From Candidatus Fokinia solitaria (GTDB lineage Bacteria > Pseudomonadota > Alphaproteobacteria > Rickettsiales > Midichloriaceae): a stretch of 32,000 bases of DNA. Both the position numbers and the translations under genes were made by a program. Where the stretch lies: contig NZ_CP025989.1 of assembly GCF_003072485.1 (NCBI RefSeq), positions 636,313 to 668,312 of the forward strand. The letters are read 5' to 3'. The notes below the pieces were generated by a model. The model was not told the origin of the DNA. It worked only from the letters and a program-made list of their open reading frames with translations, and made no database searches. Shown here piece by piece: positions 19,879 to 30,027 of this stretch. The number at the start of each line of letters is the position of its first letter. Position 1 is the first letter of the stretch.

Positions 19879-20715
19879 ATGAAGATACGTTTCTTTGACA
19901 GTGGATTAGGAGGATTGTCAGTACTCTCCTCATTCATAAAACAAGTGTATGAGTGCTATATAATGAGATATTGCGATATCTCGTACATTGCAGATCTTGA
20001 ATTTTTTCCGTACGGCACAAAGCACTGCACTGCTATAGCTGATCGTGTAAATGATATCATATATTCTGCTGAGCGACAATTTACGCAATTATTCGTAATA
20101 GCATGCTATACGGCTTCCTTCTCTAAAATGACAGATAATACTATCACGAAAATGCAGATAGTAGATACATTATCAACTACAAAAAGAATCTTAAAAAAGT
20201 ATCAAGAACATAAAAAGCTCTTTATATGCACACAATTATCACATTCTATTAATCAGAATTTTTTAGAAGAGTTCGACAAAATATGCTCAATACCGATTAC
20301 AAAGGAAGTAGTAGAATATATACATCAAAACGAATTGAAAAAAGCTGCACAAGAGATTTTTCAGCACTTACGTCAAGAATGTACTAAATCAGAAAAAAAT
20401 ATTATTTTTCTAGGATGCACGCATTATGCAATCCTCATCAAGCAGCTGTACGAAATTTTCTCTAACAATGGCTATAATATCGCAATAATCGATCCTTCTA
20501 GCGCAATAGCTGAAGACGTGGCAAGTTATGTGACTCCGTTTCACAATACTTCCATAACACGACATCCAATAAAAATCTCTTTCATCACTCATGAAACATC
20601 TAAAGAGTATCAAGATGAGATAGTAGCAACATGTAGAAATATACTGCAAAATCATATACCGTTTTATGATGATATTTGTTCTACTTTCAAATTCACTTTT
20701 AATCCTAAGTTATGA
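19879..20715 (+). CDS. murI: glutamate racemase
   Basis: 278 aa. N-terminal [12 protein letters not shown], with the two catalytic-Cys contexts VIACYTAS and FLGCTHY. Confidence 0.8.
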   Translation: MKIRFFDSGLGGLSVLSSFIKQVYECYIMRYCDISYIADLEFFPYGTKHCTAIADRVNDIIYSAERQFTQLFVIACYTASFSKMTDNTITKMQIVDTLSTTKRILKKYQEHKKLFICTQLSHSINQNFLEEFDKICSIPITKEVVEYIHQNELKKAAQEIFQHLRQECTKSEKNIIFLGCTHYAILIKQLYEIFSNNGYNIAIIDPSSAIAEDVASYVTPFHNTSITRHPIKISFITHETSKEYQDEIVATCRNILQNHIPFYDDICSTFKFTFNPKL

Positions 20716-21881
20716 GCGATAAAGAGACCGTCATTAATTTCGGCCCTCAACATCCTGGTGCACATGGTGTGTTGAATCTCGTAATCAAATTAAGCGGTGA
20801 AACAGTAAAAGAAATAGAGCCGCAAATAGGCTTTCTTCATCGCGGTACAGAAAAGCTACTAGAGAACAAAACATATATGCAGGGCTTACCGTATATGGAT
20901 AGATTGGACTACGTCTCACCTCTTGCACAAGAACATTGTTTTTCAATGGCTATTGAAAAAATGCTTCAAATCTCAATACCGGAAAGAGCGAAATATATAA
21001 GAGTGCTATTACTGGAATTACAACGCATTGGCAATCATCTTCTCAGCATCACATCATTAGCACTAGATACTGGCGCTACGACTCCACTACTATGGGCTTT
21101 CGAAGCAAGAGAAGAGTTAATGGAAATCTACGAAAAAATCTCAGGCAGTAGAATGCATTGTGCGTATATCAGAACAGGTGGAGTAAATGGTGATTTAAGC
21201 AATGAGATGATGGATAAAATATCGTCATTTCTGCAAAGAATTCCTAAAGTACTCTCCGATATAGAATCACTACTGAATGATAATAGAATCTTTAAGCAGA
21301 GATTAGTGAATATAGGTACTATATCGAAAAGTGATGCTTTGAATTTTGCTATCACCGGCCCTATGTTACGTGCTTCAGGCATACCCTGGGATCTGAGAAA
21401 ATCACAACCATATGAAGTATATGATAAACTCGAATTCAGCATTCCTGTCGGAGAAAATGGCGACTGCTACGATAGATATATTGTAAGAGTATTGGAAATT
21501 AGAGAATCCATAAAAATAGCAACTCAGTGCGTGGAAAAAATGCCAAATGGTGCATACATCATCAATGATCATAAAATAACACCTCCTCCGAAAGCAGAAC
21601 TTACTACATCAATGGAAGCTATCATTCATCATTTCAAACTTTTCAGCGAAGGATATACAGTACCTAAAGGAGAGACTTACACTGCTGTAGAAACACCAAA
21701 AGGAGAATTCGGACTATACATAGTATCAGACGGTTCAAATAAACCTTATAGGATACACATTAGAGCACCGGGATTTGCACATTTGCAGATATTGAATAAA
21801 ATGTCCGTCGGGCACATGCTTTCCGATGTGTCAAGTAATCTTGGCACGATAGATGCTGTATTTGGAGAGATAGATAGATAA
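20712..21881 (+). CDS. nuoD: NADH-quinone oxidoreductase subunit D
   Basis: 389 aa. [23 protein letters not shown], and C-terminal RAPGFAHL...[13 protein letters not shown]. The start overlaps the murI stop (ATGA). Confidence 0.95.
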   Translation: MSDKETVINFGPQHPGAHGVLNLVIKLSGETVKEIEPQIGFLHRGTEKLLENKTYMQGLPYMDRLDYVSPLAQEHCFSMAIEKMLQISIPERAKYIRVLLLELQRIGNHLLSITSLALDTGATTPLLWAFEAREELMEIYEKISGSRMHCAYIRTGGVNGDLSNEMMDKISSFLQRIPKVLSDIESLLNDNRIFKQRLVNIGTISKSDALNFAITGPMLRASGIPWDLRKSQPYEVYDKLEFSIPVGENGDCYDRYIVRVLEIRESIKIATQCVEKMPNGAYIINDHKITPPPKAELTTSMEAIIHHFKLFSEGYTVPKGETYTAVETPKGEFGLYIVSDGSNKPYRIHIRAPGFAHLQILNKMSVGHMLSDVSSNLGTIDAVFGEIDR

Positions 21882-21882
21882 A

Positions 21883-23847
21883 ATGACTTCTCATCATTCA
21901 GAATTCGCCGCTACGCAATCTGCACATAAACAAAATTCGCTTATTCTGCATGAAGAGCAAATTACAGTCTCTACTACTACGGAAAGACACGTAATGGTGT
22001 TAGCGGGGCCAGGAACAGGAAAAACATCTGTAATAATAGCGCGTATACAATTTTTGGTACAATCGTACAATCCTCATGAGATCATGGTCTTGACGTTTAG
22101 CACGAGAGCAATGAGTGAACTAAAGCACAGATTGTATACCGCTGAACGCAAGCTTATGGAAAAAGTATGGATTGGTACTTTTCATGCAATAGGCGTAAGA
22201 ATACTCAAGAAACACGCTTCTACAATTGGATTATCTCATGAATTTAGAGTTATATCAGAAAAAGAAAGCATACATTACATAGAAGAACTCTTAAGAAGAA
22301 CTAAAAATAATGTAGGTATGGCATATAAAATATATGAGGATATACAACGTATAAAAGACAAATTATACAGCACCGAAGAGTTAGAATCTCAAGATACAAA
22401 TGCAGAATTTCTTTTTATATATCAAGAATATCAGAACGTTCTGAAACTGAAAAATCTTGTAGATTTCGGAGATATCTTACTCTACGTGAAGCAGTTATTC
22501 ATAGAAAATAAAGAGATCTTACAATTGCTACAAAAGCAATTTTCTCATGTCATAGTAGATGAGTATCAAGATATCAACTTCGCACAGTACTATTTCATAA
22601 TGACCTTGTTGCAAAAAGGTACGAATTCATTATTTTGCGTAGGAGATGACGATCAAACGATATATACTTGGAGAGGCGCAAACACTGAACGTATCACAAC
22701 ATTCAAAGATAACTTTCCGCTATCTCAGACGTTATATCTATCGAATAATTATCGCTCCAACAACGATATAATTTATCATGCCTTCAAACTGATATCTCAT
22801 AATTCTGACAGATGCTGGAAAGAGATGCAGAAATCATCTATTGATGAAAGTGATGTCAAATTCTCTACCGGTACTACAATAAAATGCTATGAATCTGATA
22901 TCATAGAAGTATCGCATATTACTACTCAGATTACAGAATTATTACCATATGGTGGTAGCATTGCAATTCTTGTAAGAAATAACGAGCACATCATACCTTT
23001 TGAATATTCGATGAGGTATAATGATATTCAGTACGTTATTGGAAATACGAGATCTTTTATAGAGAGAGAAGAAGTGCAACTCGCATTAAATATACTAAAA
23101 TTGAGTATTGATCCTCACGCTGATCATAATTTAAAAGAGTTGCTATTATTAACTCATACTCTAAATATTACGCAGATAAACGCGCTTCTTAAAATTGCAG
23201 CGCAATCTAGTTGCTCACTGTATGAATTAGCATGTAACAAGTTACACTCAAGGACATCTTCTAAATTACAAGCAGTAAAGGAGATAATAGACAACATCTC
23301 CAAGAATGCATCTCTTATAGAAGATGGAAAGATAAGTGATGCAATAAGCGATTCCATCAACAATATCGGATACGTAAAGACTATTACAAAGGGAAAATTT
23401 GAAAAATTGGAAGATCTTTACTCAGACTCTTTTACAGTGCTATCAGAACACGAAAATGAGAAAGCGCGAAATCTCATAAGTATTATAGAAATTGCAGCAC
23501 AATATAAAAAAGCAACACCACTTATAGAAAGATTTTCACGAAATAACCACACCGACGCACAGAAGTCGCATGAAAAACACACTGTCTACCTTAGTACGAT
23601 ACATAGTTCCAAAGGCATGGAGTTTGACATAGTATTTATTCCGTTTGTAGAAGAAGGTAACTTACCATACTGTAAAAATTACCAATCTGAAAATATAGAA
23701 GATGAGAGAAGGCTCTTATATGTAGGCATGACGCGAGCACGACATAAGTTATGTATGTCGCACTCGAAATGCAAGTTACGCAGTGGAAAACAAATTCACA
23801 ACACTCCGTCAAGATTTATAGCAGAAGCCGAGTTAACAACTGAATGA
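21883..23847 (+). CDS. UvrD/Rep/PcrA-family ATP-dependent DNA helicase
   Basis: 654 aa. Walker A AGPGTGKTS, DEYQDIN, GDDDQTIYTWRGA, NYRS, TIHSSKGMEFD, LLYVGMTRAR. It starts 1 nt after the nuoD stop. Confidence 0.85.
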   Translation: MTSHHSEFAATQSAHKQNSLILHEEQITVSTTTERHVMVLAGPGTGKTSVIIARIQFLVQSYNPHEIMVLTFSTRAMSELKHRLYTAERKLMEKVWIGTFHAIGVRILKKHASTIGLSHEFRVISEKESIHYIEELLRRTKNNVGMAYKIYEDIQRIKDKLYSTEELESQDTNAEFLFIYQEYQNVLKLKNLVDFGDILLYVKQLFIENKEILQLLQKQFSHVIVDEYQDINFAQYYFIMTLLQKGTNSLFCVGDDDQTIYTWRGANTERITTFKDNFPLSQTLYLSNNYRSNNDIIYHAFKLISHNSDRCWKEMQKSSIDESDVKFSTGTTIKCYESDIIEVSHITTQITELLPYGGSIAILVRNNEHIIPFEYSMRYNDIQYVIGNTRSFIEREEVQLALNILKLSIDPHADHNLKELLLLTHTLNITQINALLKIAAQSSCSLYELACNKLHSRTSSKLQAVKEIIDNISKNASLIEDGKISDAISDSINNIGYVKTITKGKFEKLEDLYSDSFTVLSEHENEKARNLISIIEIAAQYKKATPLIERFSRNNHTDAQKSHEKHTVYLSTIHSSKGMEFDIVFIPFVEEGNLPYCKNYQSENIEDERRLLYVGMTRARHKLCMSHSKCKLRSGKQIHNTPSRFIAEAELTTE

Positions 23848-23974
23848 GTTACTGAATCGTCGGTAAATACCGTAACGAAGCCTTATGTCCAAGATACTAT
23901 AAAATACGAAAAATTCAGCCGAATGTATCTTCAGTAACTCGCAAGACATTTCATTCAATTACTCAGGTAGATAT

Positions 23975-24736
23975 CTAATAACTACTCTCTGCATTCTCTC
24001 CTCCACCATGCACCGTTTTCACCATTTTATATCCGTATCCTCTAATGGTTTTGATATCAATACTACTAGCATGCTTGAGTATAGATGAACGTAATCTCGT
24101 CATATGAACGTTCAATATCTTATCTTTATCATGCTGCATCTCCATAGTAGTACTATTCCAAAGCAGTGCTATAATTTTATCTCTCGAGACAAGCTTCTCA
24201 GAATTCATCAACAGCAATTGACACAACTTAAACTCTATTGGCCCTAAAGTTATCTCGTGCACGGTACCATTTCCTTCCATCGTACACGCATGTCTTCTAA
24301 GATCTAATGTCAATTCCATAAACTTCAGCACATCAGAATCCTCTATTGCACTTCTTTTTAATAGATTCTTCACTCTTAATACAAGCTCTTCTATAATAAA
24401 AGGCTTCTCAAGATAATCGTCTGCACCCTTTTTCAAGCCTGTAATTTTATGCTGCCCTTTACTATGACTAGAGATCATTATAATTCTTAGATCCTTCAGA
24501 TCTGGAATACCGCGCAACTCCTCGCATATTTCTATACCGGATTTTTCTGGCAGCACCCAATCTAAGATGATCAAATCCGGCCTTTTTTCTTCAACAATCT
24601 TCGTACAATTTTCGCCTGTTGAAACTGATATAACGAGATATCCTTCCGAGATCAAGCTATACTCCATAAGAGATAACATAGCAGAATCATCCTCTACTAT
24701 CATAATCTTCTTTTGAATTGTTTTTTCCTTTTTCAT
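23975..24736 (-). CDS. OmpR/PhoB-family response regulator (PhoB-like)
   Basis: 253 aa. Receiver domain IMIVEDD...DLIILDWVLPEKSG...GADDYLEKPF. Winged-helix output LGPIEFKLCQLLLMN...VSRDKIIALLW...VHMTRLRSS...IRGYGYKM, closely paralleling E. coli PhoB motifs. No histidine kinase is adjacent. Confidence 0.85.
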   Translation of the reverse strand: MKKEKTIQKKIMIVEDDSAMLSLMEYSLISEGYLVISVSTGENCTKIVEEKRPDLIILDWVLPEKSGIEICEELRGIPDLKDLRIIMISSHSKGQHKITGLKKGADDYLEKPFIIEELVLRVKNLLKRSAIEDSDVLKFMELTLDLRRHACTMEGNGTVHEITLGPIEFKLCQLLLMNSEKLVSRDKIIALLWNSTTMEMQHDKDKILNVHMTRLRSSILKHASSIDIKTIRGYGYKMVKTVHGGGENAESSY

Positions 24737-24870
24737 TATGAGTAAAAAATTTTTAACGTGTTTTATCTAAAACAATATGCAATTGCATTTCTCTGTGATA
24801 AAAGCATAACGAATAGCTTCTACAACTTTTATAATACTTTTTCAATCAATATATTAAGTAAAATCACAAT

Positions 24871-25770
24871 ATGTACCTAATACGGGCATTCAAAGTAATA
24901 TTGATCATCTATAAGAAATCTATTCAAAATCTCCTGGAAAAAAATGCGTACGAATATTCAGGGTATCTCGTTTTTTTGATATTGCTCGGTCTCTTTCCTT
25001 CTCTGATTTTTTTTACTGCGGTCAGTACCTTAGTTGCAACGCAGTATCGAGATCTTTTTCATGTCACATTAGATATTGACGAATTCATTACAAATTCATT
25101 GCTAAGCAGTAAAGCGCATGCATTCGTAGATAGCGTTAGCAACAGAATTCTTGAAATACTACGCACACCACCGGAAAGCATGCTGACATTCGCAATGTTA
25201 AGCGCTATATGGAGTGCTTCTGGATTATTTGACGGGATCTTACTATACGTGTACATGATATACGGTACAACGGAAGACTGTCATTATATAAGAAGAAGAA
25301 TTATCAGCATACTGCAATTCATGGCTTTTTCACTACTTCTAATATTCTTTATTTTATGTTTTAAGCTAATTCCACTTGTATTAATACAGTGTGCGCAATT
25401 TATAAAATTGGAAAGCACGTTATATGATATATTGAACTTTGTTATCAAAATTGAACATTACGTCCCTACGGTATATATCGCACTATTTGGAATGCTATCA
25501 TACATACATTACACCTTTCCAAGGCAACATGTGAAAATACGACAAATTATGCCAGGAGTAGTGAATACTATACTTTTTTGGGAAATTTTTTCTGAAATCT
25601 TCGGATATTATATACAAAGCGCAGGACAGCTTAACATCATATATGGAAGCATGGTAGGCATCTCCATATCGATCTTATACATATATTTTGCTTCTATTAT
25701 TTTTCTATTTGGATTGGAAATAAATGGAGTAATATATAAAATGAGAAATATGCAATCTGATGTTGTGTAA
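24871..25770 (+). CDS. YihY/BrkB-family (formerly RNase BN) inner-membrane protein
   Basis: 299 aa and polytopic. The N-terminal pattern ...NAYEYSGYLVFLILLGLFPSLIFF resembles the YihY AAALAYYxLLSLFPLL motif, and there are about 6 hydrophobic segments. Confidence 0.6.
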   Translation: MYLIRAFKVILIIYKKSIQNLLEKNAYEYSGYLVFLILLGLFPSLIFFTAVSTLVATQYRDLFHVTLDIDEFITNSLLSSKAHAFVDSVSNRILEILRTPPESMLTFAMLSAIWSASGLFDGILLYVYMIYGTTEDCHYIRRRIISILQFMAFSLLLIFFILCFKLIPLVLIQCAQFIKLESTLYDILNFVIKIEHYVPTVYIALFGMLSYIHYTFPRQHVKIRQIMPGVVNTILFWEIFSEIFGYYIQSAGQLNIIYGSMVGISISILYIYFASIIFLFGLEINGVIYKMRNMQSDVV

Positions 25771-25973
25771 AGACAGATCTCACACATAATTTGTCAAAAG
25801 TACGAATAAGAGCTGCGCATTCGCGTATATGCTTTCCTTTATTTAAAATACTGCATCATCAAGAAAATACGTATTAAATATATCGAGAAAATTAATATCT
25901 CGCATATATTTATAGATAATAATATATATAATTTATATAATAATATTGATATATAAATTGTAATGTCATCATT

Positions 25974-28835
25974 ATGCAGAACTCAGATCACACAAGTACT
26001 TTCAAGAAAAAGATAGAGAAACAGCAGAAAAAAACGCAGCTTTTGGAACAACAAATTCAACAACTAGAAGACGAAATACAAAAGAAAGATGAAATGATAA
26101 AAAAGACGAGTGATTCAATAATGAAAAAAATGAAGGATTTTATCTTAAGAAGACCTAAGAATTTAGACTTAGAAGCAAAGAGAAAAAAAATAAAGACAGA
26201 AAAAGCATTACTTCAAAAAGATGTTAAGATAGCGCAAGCAGAAGAGAAAAAATATCGCTATAACAAAGTAAAAAAGCTTAAGAAGCAACAAAAAATAGCA
26301 GATGAAATAAAATCCGAAAATTTTACATTAGAAGATTTAAAAAATTCTAAGACCTTGGAAAAAATACAAACAGAAATGAATGACATAACGAAGAAAGTGC
26401 AAGATGCAGGAGGGCAGTCGAAGATCTCAAAAGATTACAAGAACAAAGCAAAGGAAATACAGAACTTAGACAGTAAGCGTGCTGAGCTGGAAAAATTAGA
26501 TACTGAGCTGAAAAAACTACTCGGACCAGTAAAGAGACAAGCTCCACTCGGTGCATCGCAATTCTCACAACTCGATATGAATAATGCACAAAACTCGCAA
26601 CTTAATGCGGGTAAAGCGCAAGAAGAACAATTTGATAATCAATCTAAAATAAGTAGCTTGCAAATTTCACAATTCGATATGAGTAAAGCGCAATCATTCC
26701 AACTTAGTGCAGATAATTTGCAAAAGTCACAAAGATCAGCGGTACAAAAACAAAACAGCGCTCCAAGTGCTATAGCACAGGGACAAGAAATGGAGATACA
26801 AAATCTTTCGCAAGAAGCTATTCAAAAAGAGGCTATTCAGCAAAAATTCGATACTCTTGATAAGGAAATTCAAGAACTAGCAAAGATAAAGGAACTTTAT
26901 GAATTATCTCAGAGAGAAAAACAATTAAAAACAGTTCAAACGGCTATTGAAAAGTATATTAAACTTGAAGAGGAAAAAGCCACTTTAAAAGCACGATATA
27001 AACAATCGAAACCACAGCAGCAAGAGCAGCAAATACAAGAAGAATCACAAATACAGCAAGAGCAACAATCACGTAGAACATCAGAATTATCACAGAAGTC
27101 ACGAGTATCACAAAATAGAAAATCGACGTTGGTAGAAATATCAGATGAAGAAGCCGAACAGCTGCTGAAAAAGCGAAACCCGAAATCACAGCAAAAAAAG
27201 CAATTACAGCGGGCAAAATCGGAAATTCAGCCACAATCGAAAATCCAGCAGCTACAGAAAGAAGACCAATCGCAAGTGCTACCACAGCGGTCACTATCAC
27301 AATCGGCAACGCAACAGCAAAAAGAGCAATTACAGCAGGAGCAGCAACAGCAAGAAAAGCAATTACAGCAGTCGCTATCACAGCCACTATCAGAAATACA
27401 GCAAGAAAAGCAATTACGGGAGTCAAAATCAGAAATACAGCAAGAAAAGCAAGAAGAGCAATTACAGCAGGAGCAGCCACAACTTAAAAGAGGCACAACG
27501 ATGGATGATTACGCAAGAAAAGTCATTGAAACGATAGGCCCTTCACGTTATTCACCGTCTTTTGAGAAATTCTGTACTAGAGAAAATATGGATTACATAA
27601 TCAAAGTTTTAAAGAAAGACGGGAAATTCAACTCTCTATCAGATGCAGAAAAAAATGAATCGATAATAAACGTAGGTGTTACACTCGCAGCACAAGCAGC
27701 TATAAACTCGAATGGATTAAAAGGAAATGCAGCAGATCTCTCTCGAGACGATCAAATTGCACTATTAGAGTACATGAGAGGTAAAGGGATATGTACCCAA
27801 ATATTAAGTTCTCCGGAACAATTAGAAAGAGCAGTAAAATACGATCCGTATGAGGTTTTAGACAAAAAAGATAGAGATAGGCCAAATTTTCTTAGCAAAG
27901 CTATATTAAAAACAGACGCCAAGGAAAGAATTAATGAAGACACATCCGGAAAAAAATTCGCTGCATATATTGCGGGATACATTGCACTCGGACCTTTAGG
28001 ATTATTAATTGCAATAATTTTTGCAAAATATTATTTATCTAAAGCAAAACGCCGTGAAGGAAAGGATATACGCGCGCTTCTCGATGCAAAACAGAATTAT
28101 CGTCCAGCACCGGAAGGAAATTCAACGCAAAAAAATAGTCAAGCACTACAGCAAGATGTAAACAATATAAAATCGGAAAACACAGTACTAGGGCAAAAAA
28201 CAAAAGACCAGGTACAGAATGAATTGCACGAATTACTACAAAATAAACAATTTACGTCCTCTGAATTACTGAAACAAGCTATGCAAGCAATCAAAATAGC
28301 GGAAAAAATTCAAAAATATGATACAGAAAACCCCAACTCTTTTGAGGCACGCAAATTGGCAAAACCGTTAGAAGAGCTTATCGCAGAACTTGTACAGAAA
28401 GGGCGAGAAAGATTAAAACGCGGTACAGATGATGACGGAGCGCTACGGTTGACAGAAAGTGAAATAGCACAGGATAAAATTTCACAAAAGAAGCTCGATG
28501 AAATAGAAGCGCAAGTCAATAATCTAGTGCAGAAGAAGGAAATTCCATCACAAATTCGCAATGAAGAGAGTGACTTTCTTAATAAAAGCTCGAATAGTAT
28601 CATTGTAAATCAAAGCAGATTGTCAGAACGCTTTTCTCTTGACCTGAATGAAATCTCAGCTATTCAAAAAGGGGAAGGCGAAATACTTGCAAAAGATACC
28701 AACTCGCGAAACAATAGCATAATAAAGATACTTGAAGGAATGAATCTGCCTAATGCAGTAAACCGCTCGCAATCAGTTGACATAAGCAAAACATCATCAC
28801 ACGGCAGCAATGATAAATTCAGACATCACTCCTAG
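25974..28835 (+). CDS. large hypothetical Lys/Glu/Gln-rich coiled-coil-like protein with one internal hydrophobic segment (953 aa)
   Basis: Uninterrupted 2.86-kb ORF preceded by an extremely AT-rich 200-bp region. No N-terminal signal peptide. Hydrophobic stretch AAYIAGYIALGPLGLLIAIIFAKYYL is encoded at about 27958-28035. I recognise no family. Confidence 0.7.
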   Translation: MQNSDHTSTFKKKIEKQQKKTQLLEQQIQQLEDEIQKKDEMIKKTSDSIMKKMKDFILRRPKNLDLEAKRKKIKTEKALLQKDVKIAQAEEKKYRYNKVKKLKKQQKIADEIKSENFTLEDLKNSKTLEKIQTEMNDITKKVQDAGGQSKISKDYKNKAKEIQNLDSKRAELEKLDTELKKLLGPVKRQAPLGASQFSQLDMNNAQNSQLNAGKAQEEQFDNQSKISSLQISQFDMSKAQSFQLSADNLQKSQRSAVQKQNSAPSAIAQGQEMEIQNLSQEAIQKEAIQQKFDTLDKEIQELAKIKELYELSQREKQLKTVQTAIEKYIKLEEEKATLKARYKQSKPQQQEQQIQEESQIQQEQQSRRTSELSQKSRVSQNRKSTLVEISDEEAEQLLKKRNPKSQQKKQLQRAKSEIQPQSKIQQLQKEDQSQVLPQRSLSQSATQQQKEQLQQEQQQQEKQLQQSLSQPLSEIQQEKQLRESKSEIQQEKQEEQLQQEQPQLKRGTTMDDYARKVIETIGPSRYSPSFEKFCTRENMDYIIKVLKKDGKFNSLSDAEKNESIINVGVTLAAQAAINSNGLKGNAADLSRDDQIALLEYMRGKGICTQILSSPEQLERAVKYDPYEVLDKKDRDRPNFLSKAILKTDAKERINEDTSGKKFAAYIAGYIALGPLGLLIAIIFAKYYLSKAKRREGKDIRALLDAKQNYRPAPEGNSTQKNSQALQQDVNNIKSENTVLGQKTKDQVQNELHELLQNKQFTSSELLKQAMQAIKIAEKIQKYDTENPNSFEARKLAKPLEELIAELVQKGRERLKRGTDDDGALRLTESEIAQDKISQKKLDEIEAQVNNLVQKKEIPSQIRNEESDFLNKSSNSIIVNQSRLSERFSLDLNEISAIQKGEGEILAKDTNSRNNSIIKILEGMNLPNAVNRSQSVDISKTSSHGSNDKFRHHS
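27009..27485 (+). repeat. degenerate Gln-rich low-complexity/repeat tract inside the 953-aa ORF
   Basis: CAG/CAA-rich. The motif a(a/g)(a/g)agcaattac(a/g)g recurs at about 27198, 27323, 27357, 27407 and 27455, encoding (K/E)QLQ(Q/R/E). It generates the long antisense Leu/Ala/Val/Cys artefact ORFs. Confidence 0.8.
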
Positions 28836-28853
28836 AAATAAGCGAGCCGACAC

Positions 28854-28882
28854 CATAGGAGTGGTAGATCAATCTTCCTATG
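28854..28882. terminator. hairpin in convergent gap (953-aa ORF / holA-like ORF)
   Basis: catagga (28854-28860) pairs with tcctatg (28876-28882) around a 15-nt loop. There is no flanking T/A run on either side. Confidence 0.25.
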
Positions 28883-28904
28883 CGCAATCTCATGCAGAAC
28901 AAAC

Positions 28905-30026
28905 TTACTGCTGCAATAATTTTTGCAGAGTTACTTTATCATTCTCTTGAATTGCGTCTATAAACTCATTTTCCGTTATCGTTCTGATAGCTTTTTCTTG
29001 AAATAGAAGTAAGATAATCAGTTCTGATATCTTAGATGAGGGAGTGCTACGTAGCGCTTTGATCAGATCGCTTTTTTGCTTATTCGATAGAAATATATGC
29101 AATTCAAGCATTGCGTTCATCACTTCTGCATCTGAGGAAAATTGTAAGCATATTTGATGTAAAGTGGAAAGTTTCACATAATATGATTGCAACCAACGCA
29201 ACGCTGCAATATCAAGAGTTGTTTCAAGATTGACGCGATAATAGAAATGACGTTCACGAAAAAGAAGATAATGTGCTATATCCAACAATGCGATATCATT
29301 TTCAAAAGGAAAAAATACTTTTATTTCTTCTTCTGAAACGCTTATTCTGCACACATTAATATGCTTTTTATCCGACAAATCAAACACATCACATTCGTGT
29401 TGTGCGCTAATACACATTTTTTCAATAGCATTCACTATCTCCATTCTACTCGTGCAAAGAATAATATGAGTACTCAGTAGTGAATCAGGACAGCCAAGTA
29501 GGATTGTAAGCTGTAGCCTATTCTTGGATAGCAAATACAGCCAAAAACTCTGCTTTTCCTGCTCTGAAGGAGAATAAGAATGAAATAAGGCAATATGTCG
29601 CGCAACCGATGGTGATTCAAAAAAGCGTCTTGTTTTCATATTTTTCTTCAAACCGCTTCCTATAACAGCAATAAACGTATTACGCGATGGAGTGGAGATA
29701 TGCTTACTCAGACGCTGAGACAACTCAGCAGAGATATCATTTGAAACAGAATCTATCACTATTAATTTATTCTCTTTTTTCTGACCAAATAAGCTATAAG
29801 ATCTCGTAACTTCATTTAGCAATTCTGGCTCCGCGTTCAATTGCTTGAAATTGATCTCATGTATCGAGAGAGTACCTCCATTTGCTGCAGCTTGAGACTT
29901 CAATTTACTTTTAAGTACCGACAATATAAAACACACTCCTCCATACTCTTCTCCAAAAGCAAACCATAAATTTTTTAGATTTTCTGCATTAATCTCGCGT
30001 TCTAAACTATGATGTAGGTATTTCAT
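28905..30026 (-). CDS. possible DNA polymerase III delta subunit (HolA-like)
   Basis: 373 aa. The spacing of features recalls HolA: N-terminal ...FAFGEEYG, SLFGQKK-NKLIVI, then a block ...NTFIAVIGSGLKKNMKTRRFF... and HSYSPSEQEK. Similarity was judged by eye only. It starts 1 nt after the ffh stop. Confidence 0.4.
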   Translation of the reverse strand: MKYLHHSLEREINAENLKNLWFAFGEEYGGVCFILSVLKSKLKSQAAANGGTLSIHEINFKQLNAEPELLNEVTRSYSLFGQKKENKLIVIDSVSNDISAELSQRLSKHISTPSRNTFIAVIGSGLKKNMKTRRFFESPSVARHIALFHSYSPSEQEKQSFWLYLLSKNRLQLTILLGCPDSLLSTHIILCTSRMEIVNAIEKMCISAQHECDVFDLSDKKHINVCRISVSEEEIKVFFPFENDIALLDIAHYLLFRERHFYYRVNLETTLDIAALRWLQSYYVKLSTLHQICLQFSSDAEVMNAMLELHIFLSNKQKSDLIKALRSTPSSKISELIILLLFQEKAIRTITENEFIDAIQENDKVTLQKLLQQ

Positions 30027-30027
30027 A

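Noticed and set aside
26959-27496. Antisense ORFs of 173 aa and 89 aa (Ala/Leu/Val-rich and Cys/Ser-rich), plus smaller antisense ORFs at 26347-26589, 27700-27982 and 28310-28603
   Set aside because: These are mirror images of the CAG/CAA/GAA-rich sense strand of the 953-aa ORF. The composition is a low-complexity artefact with no independent support.
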